DNA of 64,000 nucleotides from Gemmatimonadota bacterium (lineage in GTDB: Bacteria > Gemmatimonadota > Gemmatimonadetes > Palauibacterales > Palauibacteraceae). Positions 17,017 through 26,403 of the stretch are shown here, piece by piece. The stretch is from NCBI GenBank assembly GCA_958295535.1, contig OY282356.1:810593-874592 (forward strand), in the 5' to 3' direction. Positions within the stretch are counted from its first letter, which is position 1. Every line of letters begins with the position of its first letter. A model generated the notes under the pieces. The model saw only the letters and a program-made list of their open reading frames with translations. It searched no databases and had not been told where the DNA came from. Both the position numbers and the translations under genes were made by a program.

Positions 17017-18656
17017 GATTCCTGGACTTCTCGAGCTCCGGCAGCTACTGGATCGCGCTCCTTCCGGAAGTGATCCTTTCGCTGGCGGCGATCGTCATAC
17101 TGATGCGCGCGGCATTTGCGCGCGGGGCCGGCGGCGATGGTGGAAGCGGCGCGGGGGGAGCGGATGATGCCGCTACCCCATCGAGAGGCGGAGGTTCGGG
17201 CGCGACTGTCGCAGGGGCGGCCGGCGTAGCGCCCGAATACCGGAGGATGTCGGCCGACTGCCTGGTGGCGCTCTACTCGATCGCGGGCGCGCTTGTCGCG
17301 AGCCTGTGGCTGAGCGATGCGACCGGCCCTCCCGATGCCATGATCGCGCTCGACGGCTTCAGAGTCGCCTCGAACGTAATCCTGCTTGGCGGGGGCCTCC
17401 TCATCGTCGCCCTGTCGCAGGACTATCTGCGCCGGGAGCGTTTCCGCGCGCCGGAGTTCCACGCACTGACTCTTCTGGCGCTTGCGGGGATGCTGGTTCT
17501 CGTGTCCGCCCGCGATCTGATTCTCCTGTTCGTGGGTCTGGAGCTCATGTCGATCTCCGTATACGTGCTGACGGGCTTCGCGCGCAGGAATCCCCGGTCG
17601 TCGGAAGCGAGTCTCAAGTACTTCATCGTCGGGGCCTTTGCCAGCGCCTTCATCGTCTACGGAATCGCCCTCCTGTACGGCGCCGCCGGCACCACGCGCC
17701 TTGGCGCGGCGGCTTCGCGCATCGCGGACATGCCGCCGGGGGGCGACTTCCTCCTCATCGCCGGGGTGGGCCTGCTCCTGATCGGCTTCGGGTTCAAGAT
17801 CGCCGCCGTCCCCTTCCACATGTGGGCTCCCGACGCTTACGAGGGGGCGCCTACGCCCGTCACTTCGCTGATGGCCGCCGGCGTGAAGGCCGCCGCGTTC
17901 ATCGCTCTCCTTCGCGTCCTTACAGTCGATCTGGGCGCCGTCTCGGGGATGTGGGGAGAAGCCGTGTGGTGGATGGCGATGTTGACGATGATAGCGCCCA
18001 ACATCATCGCGCTGTCGCAGCGGAGCGTGAAGAGGATGCTGGCGTACTCGTCGGTGGCGCACGCCGGGTACCTGCTGGTCGGCGTCGTCGCATCGTCGGC
18101 TCTGGGCCGGGCCGGATCGCTCTTCTACCTGGCGGCCTATACGGTAGCGACGGCCGGCAGCTTCGCGATCGTGTTCCACGTGGCGGGAAGGGGAGACCGC
18201 AACGAGCTCGCGGACGACTACCGCGGGCTTGGCTGGAGGCGTCCGGCGGTCGGAGCCGCCCTCGTGGTCTTTCTGCTCTCGTTGGCGGGGTTCCCCCCCA
18301 CCGCGGGTTTCGTCGGGAAGCTCTACCTGCTGCGCGCCGCCGTGGACGAGGGCCAGACGTCGCTGGCGATAACGCTGGTCGCGAGCAGCCTCGTCGCGTA
18401 CTACTACTACCTGCGTGTCGTGTGGAAGATGTACTTCGACGCTCCGAAGGCGGATATGCCTGTGCCGGCGCGGGCGACGCCCGGCTTCAGCTTCGTCACC
18501 GGGATATGCGTCGCGCTGGTGCTGCTGGCGGGTCTCTTCCCCGGACGAATCATCGACAGAGCGCGCAGCGCCGTCGTCGGTCCCGGAGCCGAGGCAGCCG
18601 TCCAGGCGTCACCCTCGCTGCCGCCGCCGGAGCAGTCGCCGGCGATCGAACGGTGA
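17013..18656 (+). CDS. nuoN: NADH-quinone oxidoreductase subunit N
   Basis: LFVGLELMSISVYVLTGF...KYFIVGAFASAFIVYGIALLYG...PFHMWAPDAYEGAPTPVTSLMAAGVK. GTG overlaps the nuoM stop (GTGA). Confidence 0.9.
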   Translation: MRFLDFSSSGSYWIALLPEVILSLAAIVILMRAAFARGAGGDGGSGAGGADDAATPSRGGGSGATVAGAAGVAPEYRRMSADCLVALYSIAGALVASLWLSDATGPPDAMIALDGFRVASNVILLGGGLLIVALSQDYLRRERFRAPEFHALTLLALAGMLVLVSARDLILLFVGLELMSISVYVLTGFARRNPRSSEASLKYFIVGAFASAFIVYGIALLYGAAGTTRLGAAASRIADMPPGGDFLLIAGVGLLLIGFGFKIAAVPFHMWAPDAYEGAPTPVTSLMAAGVKAAAFIALLRVLTVDLGAVSGMWGEAVWWMAMLTMIAPNIIALSQRSVKRMLAYSSVAHAGYLLVGVVASSALGRAGSLFYLAAYTVATAGSFAIVFHVAGRGDRNELADDYRGLGWRRPAVGAALVVFLLSLAGFPPTAGFVGKLYLLRAAVDEGQTSLAITLVASSLVAYYYYLRVVWKMYFDAPKADMPVPARATPGFSFVTGICVALVLLAGLFPGRIIDRARSAVVGPGAEAAVQASPSLPPPEQSPAIER

Positions 18657-18683
18657 CGCCGGCTGTCCCGCTTCCGCGGCGTC
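18655..18683 (+). terminator. Hairpin immediately after the nuoN stop (candidate operon terminator, no U-tract)
   Basis: GACGCCG-N15-CGGCGTC, a 7-bp GC stem beginning in the TGA stop. Confidence 0.3.
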
Positions 18684-18814
18684 ATCCTCGCCCCTGCGGC
18701 CGGCGCGGTCGTCGTCGATGGACGTCGACGCTTGCGGTCGCGCCTGCGCCGCCATCTTTGCCGCTGCCGTCCGAGCAAGTCGTCGTCCGGCCATCTACGT
18801 GACTGAGCGCTCTC

Positions 18815-20182
18815 TTGGAAATTGATCCTGGCATCTTTCGCGAATACGACATCCGCGGCATAGTCGGCGACGCTCTCACCGAAGAGGCCGCCGAGCTGGT
18901 GGGCCGCGCGATCGGGACCGAGCTTGCGGGCCGCGACGCCCCCCTCTGCGTGGTCGGGCAGGACAACCGCCCATCTTCGCCGGACCTGGCGGCGGCGATG
19001 TGCCGCGGGCTCCGCGCCGCCGGTACCGATGTGGCGACGCTGGGGACCGTGCCGACCCCGGCGCTCTACTTCGCCGGCATCCGCTTCGACGCGGACGCGG
19101 CGGTCCAGATCACGGGATCGCACAATCCGCCCGAGTACAACGGAATCAAGATCGTGCGGGATGGCAGGCCCCTCTATGGCGATGCGATTCGAGCGCTCGC
19201 TACCAGGATTGCGAAGGAGAGCTTCGCGACGGGTTCGGGTTCGGCCCGGGAAGAGGAGATCCTCGACGCGTACGTCGACGAGATTGCTGCGCGGGCGCGG
19301 GTAGAGGGCCACGTCAGGATCGTGCTCGACTGCGGAAACGGCGTGGGAAGCGTGGTGGCCGCGAGGGCGCTGACCGCGGCCGGCATCGATGTGGATTGCA
19401 TCTACTGCGAGTCGGATGGCACCTTCCCGAATCACCACCCGGATCCGACGATCGACGAGAACGTTCGGGATCTTGTCGCGAGGGTGCGGGAGACGGGAGC
19501 TGCGGCCGGGGCCGGACTCGACGGCGATGCCGACCGGCTGGGAGCCGTGACCGAAGAGGGAGAGATCATACGGGGCGACCGCCTCCTCCTTCTATTCGCC
19601 CGAGAAGTGATGGCCGAGAATCCGGGCGCCGAAGTCGTCTTCGATGTGAAGTGCTCGCAAGCGCTGCCCGAGGTGATCGAGGCGGACGGCGGCGTGCCGG
19701 TGATGTGGAAGACGGGCCACTCCCTGATCAAGGAGCGAATGTCTGCCACGGGAGCTCTCATTGCAGGTGAGATGAGTGGCCATATCTGCTTTAGCGACAA
19801 GTTCTTCGGTACTGACGACGCCATCTATGCAGCTGCTCGATTGGCGGGTATGGTAGTGCGTTCGGGCCGGCCGCTTTCGGAGCTTGCGGCGGAGATTCCG
19901 CTGTACCCCTCGACGCCGGAAATCAGGCTGGATTGCTCCGACGAGCGGAAGTTCGGCGTAGTGGCCGAGGCGACGAGGCACTACCGGGAACGGCATGAAG
20001 TCATCGACATCGACGGAGCGAGGGTGGTCTTCGACGGCGGCTGGCTACTGATTCGCGCGAGCAATACTCAGCCGATCGTCGTCGTCCGGGCCGAAGCGGA
20101 CAGCGATGAACGCCTGCAGGAGATTATCGGCCACGGGCGGGATTTTCTCGCGGGGCATGGCGTGACGCTCCCGCCGGTGTGA
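18815..20182 (+). CDS. phosphomannomutase/phosphoglucomutase (alpha-D-phosphohexomutase)
   Basis: IFREYDIRG, active-site loop TGSHNPPEYNGIK, Mg site GLDGDADR, sugar-binding GEMSGH. Confidence 0.9.
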   Translation: MEIDPGIFREYDIRGIVGDALTEEAAELVGRAIGTELAGRDAPLCVVGQDNRPSSPDLAAAMCRGLRAAGTDVATLGTVPTPALYFAGIRFDADAAVQITGSHNPPEYNGIKIVRDGRPLYGDAIRALATRIAKESFATGSGSAREEEILDAYVDEIAARARVEGHVRIVLDCGNGVGSVVAARALTAAGIDVDCIYCESDGTFPNHHPDPTIDENVRDLVARVRETGAAAGAGLDGDADRLGAVTEEGEIIRGDRLLLLFAREVMAENPGAEVVFDVKCSQALPEVIEADGGVPVMWKTGHSLIKERMSATGALIAGEMSGHICFSDKFFGTDDAIYAAARLAGMVVRSGRPLSELAAEIPLYPSTPEIRLDCSDERKFGVVAEATRHYRERHEVIDIDGARVVFDGGWLLIRASNTQPIVVVRAEADSDERLQEIIGHGRDFLAGHGVTLPPV

Positions 20183-20204
20183 ACGCTCGCTCGAGAAAGT
20201 CGAT

Positions 20205-20264
20205 AAGGCGGTTGGAAGGAAAGCGGTCGAGAGGAAAGCGGTTGGAAGCGGACCGATTGGAGGG
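20205..20264. repeat. 15-nt tandem repeat x4 in the sucC leader
   Basis: AAGGCGGTTGGAAGG / AAAGCGGTCGAGAGG / AAAGCGGTTGGAAGC / GGACCGATTGGAGGG. The last unit supplies the GGAGGG Shine-Dalgarno sequence. Confidence 0.7.
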
Positions 20265-20276
20265 CGAACAGCCGAG

Positions 20277-21407
20277 ATGAACATTCATGAATACCAGGCG
20301 AGGCGGATATTCGCCGAGCACGGCATCCCGGTGCCGGACGCCGAGCTTGCGGCGACGCCCGCCGAAGCCGAGCGAGCGGCCATCCGCTTCGGCGGTCCGG
20401 TCGTGGTCAAGGCGCAGGTCCACGCCGGCGGCCGGGGCAAGGCGGGCGGCGTGAAGCTCGCGGCGACACCCGCCGAGACCCGCGAAGTGGCCGGCGCGGT
20501 CATCGGAATGGAGATCAAGGGCATCGAGGTCCGCAAGGTCCTGGTCGCTCCGGCGGAGGAGATCGAATCCGAAGCGTATGTCGGAATCGTCATGGACCGG
20601 GAGAGCCAGGCCGACACCGTCATGGTCTCGGCGGGTGGCGGCGTCGACATCGAGGAGCTCGCCGCGACGAACCCGGAAGCGATCCGCAAGGCGAGGATCG
20701 ATCCGCGGTACGGCATGCTGGCTCACCAGGCGGCGCTTCTCGCGTATCACCTCTTCGAAGATGCCAAGCAGGCCCGGCAGGGCGCCGCGATCCTCGAATC
20801 TCTCTACGCGGCGTACCGGGCGGCCGGGGCGACGCTGGCCGAGATCAATCCCCTGATCGTGACCTCCGCGGGCGAGGTCAAGGCTATCGATGCCAAGATG
20901 AACATCGACGACAATGCGCTCTTCCGGCTGCCCGGCATCGAAGCCATGCGGGATACCGAGGCGGAGACCCCCGGGGAGAGGAAGGCGCGCGAAGCCGGGC
21001 TCTCCTATATCCAGCTCGACGGCGCCATCGGGTGCTGCGTGAACGGAGCGGGCTTGGCCATGGCCACGATGGACCTGGTGAAACACTACGGCGGCGAGCC
21101 GGCCAACTTTCTCGACATCGGCGGCTCGTCCAATCCGGACAAGGTGGCCGCGGCTCTGGAGATCATAACGGAGTACCGCGGCGTAAAGTCGATCCTCTTC
21201 AACATATTCGGCGGCATAACGCGCTGCGACGACGTCGCGGCTGGAATCGTGGAGGCGATGGGACGAATCGAGTTGGCGGCGCCGGTCACCATTCGTCTCA
21301 CCGGGACGAACGAGGAGGAGGGAGTGGCGATACTCGCCGGACACGGAATCGAAGCCATGCGGGACATGGACAGCGCGGTGGAGCGCGCCGTCCAGCTGGG
21401 CGGCTAG
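20277..21407 (+). CDS. sucC: succinyl-CoA synthetase beta subunit
   Basis: [20 protein letters not shown]...[21 protein letters not shown]...[13 protein letters not shown]. Confidence 0.95.
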   Translation: MNIHEYQARRIFAEHGIPVPDAELAATPAEAERAAIRFGGPVVVKAQVHAGGRGKAGGVKLAATPAETREVAGAVIGMEIKGIEVRKVLVAPAEEIESEAYVGIVMDRESQADTVMVSAGGGVDIEELAATNPEAIRKARIDPRYGMLAHQAALLAYHLFEDAKQARQGAAILESLYAAYRAAGATLAEINPLIVTSAGEVKAIDAKMNIDDNALFRLPGIEAMRDTEAETPGERKAREAGLSYIQLDGAIGCCVNGAGLAMATMDLVKHYGGEPANFLDIGGSSNPDKVAAALEIITEYRGVKSILFNIFGGITRCDDVAAGIVEAMGRIELAAPVTIRLTGTNEEEGVAILAGHGIEAMRDMDSAVERAVQLGG

Positions 21408-21409
21408 CC

Positions 21410-22279
21410 ATGGGAATCTTCATAGGAGAAGAGACGAGGCTGGTAGTCCAGGGGATCACGGGCCGCGATGGGTCGTTCCACGCGCGTCAGATGCGGGAGT
21501 ACGGGACGCAGGTCGTCGCCGGCGTGACGCCGGGGAAGGGCGGGTTGGCGTTCGACGGGGCGGTGCCGGTCTTCGACACCGTCGAGGAGGCGGTCTCCGA
21601 AACCTGCGCGAATACCAGCGTCATCTACGTGCCGGCCCGATTTGCGGCGGGCGCCGTGCTCGAGGCGGCGGATGCCGGCATATCCCTGATCGTATGCATC
21701 ACGGAGGGAATTCCGGTCGGCGACATGCTGCGCGCGTTGCCGTACGTGCGCGAGAAGGGGGCGCGGCTGGTCGGGCCGAACTGCCCTGGAATTATCGTCC
21801 CGGGGCGTTGCAAAGTGGGCATCTTGCCGGGCCGGATCGTGCGGGAGGGGTCGGTGGGCGTCGTCAGCCGCTCCGGCACGCTGACTTACGAGGTCATCTC
21901 GCGGCTCACCGAGGCCGGGATTGGACAGTCCGCTTGTATCGGCATAGGCGGCGATCCTCTCCTCGGGACCGGATTCTCGGACTGCCTCGCCGCCTTCGAG
22001 GAGGATGACGATACGGAGGCGGTCGTCCTGATAGGCGAAATCGGGGGTACCGACGAGCAAGTCGCCGCCCGCTTCGTGTCGAGCCGGATGAAGAAGCCCG
22101 TCGTCGGCTTCATCGCGGGCCAGACAGCTCCGCCGGGACGGCGCATGGGGCATGCGGGCGCCATCATCTCGGGATCGGAGGGGACGGCGGCGGAGAAAAT
22201 CCGCGCGTTCGAGCGGCACGGCATTGCGGTGGCGCGGAGACCGGTCGATGTCGCGAGTCTGGTGCGGGACCGGCTGTAG
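21410..22279 (+). CDS. sucD: succinyl-CoA synthetase alpha subunit
   Basis: [17 protein letters not shown]...[10 protein letters not shown]...GIGGDP...[10 protein letters not shown] (phosphohistidine loop). Confidence 0.95.
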   Translation: MGIFIGEETRLVVQGITGRDGSFHARQMREYGTQVVAGVTPGKGGLAFDGAVPVFDTVEEAVSETCANTSVIYVPARFAAGAVLEAADAGISLIVCITEGIPVGDMLRALPYVREKGARLVGPNCPGIIVPGRCKVGILPGRIVREGSVGVVSRSGTLTYEVISRLTEAGIGQSACIGIGGDPLLGTGFSDCLAAFEEDDDTEAVVLIGEIGGTDEQVAARFVSSRMKKPVVGFIAGQTAPPGRRMGHAGAIISGSEGTAAEKIRAFERHGIAVARRPVDVASLVRDRL

Positions 22280-22341
22280 GCGAGGATGGAGCGAGCCTCG
22301 CGGGCGAACCGCCATTACAACGGAATGGAAGGAGCGATAGC

Positions 22342-22773
22342 GTGAACGATCCCGGGGCGAGGGGTACGACGCTGGCGATAATAAAGCCGGACGCAGTGGC
22401 CGCGGGGAACGCGGGCAGAGTGCTCGCCGCAGTCGAGGCTGCCGGTTTTTCCATGCGTGGATCGAGGGTGGTCACGCTGAGCCGGGAACAGGCCGAGGCC
22501 TTCTACGCCGTTCACCGCGAGCGTCCCTTCTTCGGCAGCTTGGTGGAGTTCATGACCTCCGGTCCGTGCATGCCGCTGGCGCTCGCGCACGAGCGGGCCG
22601 TGCCGCATCTGCGCGAGACGATCGGAGCCACGGACCCGGGCGAAGCCGCTCCGGGCACTGTCCGGGCGCTGTACGCGCAGAGCAAGGAGAGGAACGCCAT
22701 CCATGCGTCGGACTCGGAGGAGAATGCGCGGAGGGAGATCGCCTTCTTCTTTGCCGAGTCGGACTTGGCTTGA
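22342..22773 (+). CDS. ndk: nucleoside diphosphate kinase
   Basis: TLAIIKPDAV...RPFFGSLVEFMTSGP...NAIHASDS (active-site His). Confidence 0.95.
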   Translation: MNDPGARGTTLAIIKPDAVAAGNAGRVLAAVEAAGFSMRGSRVVTLSREQAEAFYAVHRERPFFGSLVEFMTSGPCMPLALAHERAVPHLRETIGATDPGEAAPGTVRALYAQSKERNAIHASDSEENARREIAFFFAESDLA

Positions 22774-22785
22774 CGCGGAGCGACA

Positions 22786-22968
22786 TGCGCCGTCCGCGCA
22801 CCCGGACTGCGCCGTCCGCGCAGGCCCCGGACCGCCGAGCGCCGGCCAGCCGCCACCCGCCGCGATGGCGTTCCGACGCTCGCCCGCCGGATGTGCTCCC
22901 GCCATGGCCGAGATTGCGCTTCGACGCTCGCCCGCCGGATGTGCCCGCGCCATGGCCGAGGTTGACAT
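22786..22968. repeat. Two short tandem duplications in the ndk-rpmF spacer (22-nt x2 and 49-nt x2)
   Basis: TGCGCCGTCCGCGCA at 22786 and 22808. TTC(C)GACGCTCGCCCGCCGGATGTGC(T)CC(CG)CCATGGCCGAG(A/G)TTG at 22871 and 22920. Confidence 0.7.
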
Positions 22969-22991
22969 CGCGGAGGAAATTGTGCTAGTTG
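22962..22991 (+). promoter_or_regulatory. Candidate sigma-70-type promoter for rpmF-plsX
   Basis: TTGACA (22962-22967), 18-nt spacer, then TGcTAGTTG (extended -10-like, 22983-22991). A perfect hairpin CCTGTC-tac-GACAGG at 23003-23017 lies in the leader. Sequence resemblance only. Confidence 0.3.
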
Positions 22992-23078
22992 CACCGTTGC
23001 ATCCTGTCTACGACAGGTCAGAGTTGTCTTGCGAGCTATCTTGCATGACCGAGTTACTCCAGGGAGTCAAGTGACGAT

Positions 23079-23261
23079 ATGGCCGTTCCCAAGAGGCGCA
23101 CGTCAAAGCAGCGCAAGCGAAAGCGGCGTACGCACTACAAAGCGAGCGACACGGCAAGCCAGGCGTGTCCGAGGTGCGGAGATTCCAAGCGGCCGCACCG
23201 GGTTTGCCCTACATGCGGCTACTATGCGGACGCCGAGGTCGTACAGACGGAAGATTTCTGA
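23079..23261 (+). CDS. rpmF: 50S ribosomal protein L32
   Basis: [21 protein letters not shown]...CPRCG...CPTCGYY, the zinc-ribbon form of L32. Confidence 0.95.
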   Translation: MAVPKRRTSKQRKRKRRTHYKASDTASQACPRCGDSKRPHRVCPTCGYYADAEVVQTEDF

Positions 23262-23298
23262 AGGAGCGCCTGCGGGGCGCTTCTGGCGCGTTCGCGCC
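23260..23298 (+). terminator. Two adjacent GC hairpins after rpmF (attenuator or terminator candidate)
   Basis: AGCGCC-tgcgg-GGCGCT (23265-23281) followed by GGCGCG-tt-CGCGCC (23285-23298). No U-tract. Confidence 0.25.
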
Positions 23299-23365
23299 TC
23301 TCGGTCGGATGCGCGACTCCCGCCGCTCCACCGGTTGACTCGTCGATCCCCTGGCCGCAAAGCGC

Positions 23366-24349
23366 ATGGTCCGCGTAGCTCTTGATCTCGTGGGCGGCGA
23401 GTCGGCGCCCGGCAATGTCCTCGAAGCGGCGCGCATGGCTCTGGAATCGTGGCCGGACGACATCGCGCTGCTCATGATAGGTCCCCGCGAACTCGTAGCC
23501 CGGGAGCGAGACCGATTCCCCTCCGATCGCGTATCGTGGATTGCGGCCGAGGAGCGCATCGGCCAGCGCGATCCGCCGGCGAGGGCCGTCCGCCGCAAGC
23601 CGGACAGCACGATAGTCCGCGGTCTCCAGGCGCACCGCGACGGCGGAGCCGATGCGTTCGTGTCGGCGGGACCCACCGGAGCGACGATGGTCGCCTCGGT
23701 CCTGATGCTCGGCAAGCTCCCGGGCATCGACCGTCCGCCCGCCGGAGCCTTCTTTCCGACCGAGACCGGTTCTACGCTCGTGCTGGATGTGGGGGCGAAT
23801 GTCCAGGTGACGCCCCGGCAGCTGCACCAGTTCGCCCACCTCGGCATGATCTTCCTCAAGCACATGCGCGCCATTGACCGGCCGCGCGTCGGGCTCCTGA
23901 ACATGGGCATGGAAGGGGAGAGGGGAGGAGACGACTTGGCCGAAGCGCACCGGCTGCTTGCAGGCGATCCTGCAGTGGAGTTCACAGGCAACGTGGAAGG
24001 GCACCAGATAGTCAGGGGAGCGTGCGACATCCTCGTGTGCGGCGGTTTCGTCGGCAATGTCCTCCTGAAGTTCTACGAGTCGATAGCCGGGTTCGTCTTC
24101 CGGGTCTTTCGGAATGGAGGAGTGGGAGAGGGGGTGAATCTCGAGCGCGTGCTGCGTTTCCTCGACTACGCCGAGTATGGCGGCGCCCCTCTGCTGGGAG
24201 TCGATGGAGTGACGGTCATCTGCCACCGGGCTTCGTCCGCGCGGGCCGTGGCCAACGGGATTCGCACCGCGGCCGACTGCGCTGCGTCGGGCTTCGCGGC
24301 CGGCATCAGGCAAGACGCGAGAGGTCTGCCGTACGCGGGGGCATCTTGA
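23366..24349 (+). CDS. plsX: phosphate acyltransferase PlsX
   Basis: VALDLVGGESAP...AFVSAGPTGATMV...VGLLNMGMEG...DILVCGGFVGNVLLK. Confidence 0.95.
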   Translation: MVRVALDLVGGESAPGNVLEAARMALESWPDDIALLMIGPRELVARERDRFPSDRVSWIAAEERIGQRDPPARAVRRKPDSTIVRGLQAHRDGGADAFVSAGPTGATMVASVLMLGKLPGIDRPPAGAFFPTETGSTLVLDVGANVQVTPRQLHQFAHLGMIFLKHMRAIDRPRVGLLNMGMEGERGGDDLAEAHRLLAGDPAVEFTGNVEGHQIVRGACDILVCGGFVGNVLLKFYESIAGFVFRVFRNGGVGEGVNLERVLRFLDYAEYGGAPLLGVDGVTVICHRASSARAVANGIRTAADCAASGFAAGIRQDARGLPYAGAS

Positions 24350-25284
24350 GCGGCACGGCGCTCCTCTTCCCCGGACAGGGCTCCCAGTACGTCGGCATGG
24401 GCAGCGATCTGGCGGAGGATGACGCGTCCACCAGGGAGCTCTTCGAGCTGGCCGACGACCTGCTGAGCGCTCCGCTGAGCCGTATCTGCCGAGAAGGTCC
24501 GGAGGAGCGGCTGCGGGCGACCGAGAATGCGCAGCCGGCGATCATGCTGCACTCCTATGCGGTGTGGCGTCTCGTGGAGGACAGCGTCTCTCCGGTAGGG
24601 GCCGGGGCCGGACATTCGCTCGGGGAGTTCAGCGCGCATCTGGCGTCCGGCACTTTCGAGTTCGAAGATGCTCTTGCCCTGGTTCGGATCCGCGGCAAGT
24701 TGATGGCGGCGGCCGGATCCGGCCGGCCCGGCGCGATGGCGGCGATCCTCGGCTTGGATGCGGATGCGGTCGGCGAAGCGTGCGAGCGAGCCAGTCGGCC
24801 GCCGCGTCGCGTCGTCGTACCGGCGAATCTGAACGCTCCCCGCCAGGTCGTGATCAGCGGCGATGCCGAAGCGGTTGCCGCGGCCGGCCGGCTGGCGTCC
24901 GAAGCCGGCGCGCGGCGGGTCGTTCCGCTCAACGTCAGCGGAGCGTTTCATTCGCCGCTGATGGAGCCGGCGTCGAATGGATTGGCGGAGGCGCTGGATG
25001 ACACGCGGATGACCGACCCGTCCTTTCCCGTGATCTCGAATGCGGAAGCGGATATCGTGACTAGCGCAGTCGCCGCGCGCCGCACCCTCGCGAAGCAGCT
25101 GGTGTCCCCGGTGCGGTGGGCCGAAAGCATGACGCGCATCGGCGAAAGCGGGGCTACCCGCATACTGGAGATAGGGCCGGGAAGCGTTCTGTCGGGACTG
25201 GCCAGGCGGATAGACCGCACCTTGCGAGTCACGCCGGTTGGAAGCTCCGCTTCGGTGAATGCGCTCCTGGGATCCTCCGCCTGA
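24346..25284 (+). CDS. fabD: malonyl-CoA:ACP transacylase
   Basis: LLFPGQGSQYVGMG, active site GHSLGEFSA, AFHSPLMEPA. TTG 24346 overlaps the plsX stop (TTGA). The start codon is uncertain. Confidence 0.9.
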   Translation: MSGTALLFPGQGSQYVGMGSDLAEDDASTRELFELADDLLSAPLSRICREGPEERLRATENAQPAIMLHSYAVWRLVEDSVSPVGAGAGHSLGEFSAHLASGTFEFEDALALVRIRGKLMAAAGSGRPGAMAAILGLDADAVGEACERASRPPRRVVVPANLNAPRQVVISGDAEAVAAAGRLASEAGARRVVPLNVSGAFHSPLMEPASNGLAEALDDTRMTDPSFPVISNAEADIVTSAVAARRTLAKQLVSPVRWAESMTRIGESGATRILEIGPGSVLSGLARRIDRTLRVTPVGSSASVNALLGSSA

Positions 25285-25379
25285 ATGGGGCCGGATTCGC
25301 AGGGGATGCCGGGAGGTGCCGCGAGGGATAATCTGCCAGGGCGCGACAGGGCGTCCCGGCCCGGCTTGGAGGAGGCCGC

Positions 25380-26123
25380 ATGAAGGAACTGGCTGGCGAG
25401 ATCGCGGTAGTCACGGGAGCGACTCGCGGCATCGGTCGCGCTATCGCCGCGGAGTTGGCGGGGGCGGGCTGCGCCGTGGCCGCCGTCGGAACGGATGCCG
25501 ACCGTACGGAGGCTGCCGCGGCCGCGCTCCCCGGTTCCGGCAACCGCGGGTTCGCCTGCGATGTGTCGGATCCGGACGAGTGCCGGGAACTGATCGCCGC
25601 CGTTTCGAGACAGCTGGGCGACGCGACCATCCTGGTGAACAATGCCGGGATCGCGCGCGACAATATCATCTTGCGCATGAAGGACGATGACTGGCACTCC
25701 GTTCTCGACACGAATCTGTCGGGAGCCTTTTATCTGACGCGCGCCGCCGTGCGCAGCATGATGAGACGGCGAACGGGGAAAATTGTTAACATCTCGAGTG
25801 TCGTAGGCTTGACGGGCAACAGGGGGCAGTCCAACTATGCTGCGTCGAAAGCTGCCCTGATTTCGTTGACCAGGAGCGTAGCGCAGGAGTTGGCGAGCCG
25901 GGGCGTTCGGGCCAATGCCGTTGCGCCGGGCTTCATCGAAACCGATATGACCTCCACTCTGCCAGACGGCGCTCGACAGAGCATGCTGGCGAGAATTCCC
26001 CTCGGACGGTTCGGGTCTCCGGAAGATGTGGCCAAGGTCGTTCGTTTTCTCGTGGGTCCGGGAGCATCGTATGTCACCGGGCAGGTAATCGTAGTGGATG
26101 GCGGTATGACGTCGCCCCCCTGA
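25380..26123 (+). CDS. fabG: 3-oxoacyl-ACP reductase
   Basis: VTGATRGIGRAIA, NNAGI, SSVVG...YAASKAA (SDR catalytic YxxxK), VVDGGM. Confidence 0.95.
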   Translation: MKELAGEIAVVTGATRGIGRAIAAELAGAGCAVAAVGTDADRTEAAAAALPGSGNRGFACDVSDPDECRELIAAVSRQLGDATILVNNAGIARDNIILRMKDDDWHSVLDTNLSGAFYLTRAAVRSMMRRRTGKIVNISSVVGLTGNRGQSNYAASKAALISLTRSVAQELASRGVRANAVAPGFIETDMTSTLPDGARQSMLARIPLGRFGSPEDVAKVVRFLVGPGASYVTGQVIVVDGGMTSPP

Positions 26124-26144
26124 ACAGACAGAGGAGAGTACACA

Positions 26145-26387
26145 ATGTCGGACGCGGATCGTGAGATGCGAGTGCGTGAAATCATCTCCCAAGAGCTCGG
26201 TGTCGAGATCGAGAGGGTTGTCGATGAGGCCAGCTTCGTCGATGACCTCGAAGCGGACTCGCTCGACACAGCCGAACTCGTGATGGCCTTCGAGTACGAG
26301 TTTGAAATCGAGATCCCTGATGAGGATTTCGAGAACATGCTCACTGTCGGGCAGGCTATCGAATACCTCGCGCAGCACGACGAGTAG
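26145..26387 (+). CDS. acpP: acyl carrier protein
   Basis: 80 aa with the [16 protein letters not shown] phosphopantetheine-Ser motif. Confidence 0.95.
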   Translation: MSDADREMRVREIISQELGVEIERVVDEASFVDDLEADSLDTAELVMAFEYEFEIEIPDEDFENMLTVGQAIEYLAQHDE

Positions 26388-26403
26388 GGCCGGGTTTCTT
26401 TCG

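Noticed and set aside
22703-23074. 123-aa plus-strand ORF in the ndk-rpmF spacer (the slot where a DUF177/YceD gene might be expected)
   Set aside because: Its translation is dominated by the 22-nt and 49-nt repeats (RRSPAGCAPAMAE twice), is Arg/Pro/Ala-rich, and shows no resemblance to DUF177.
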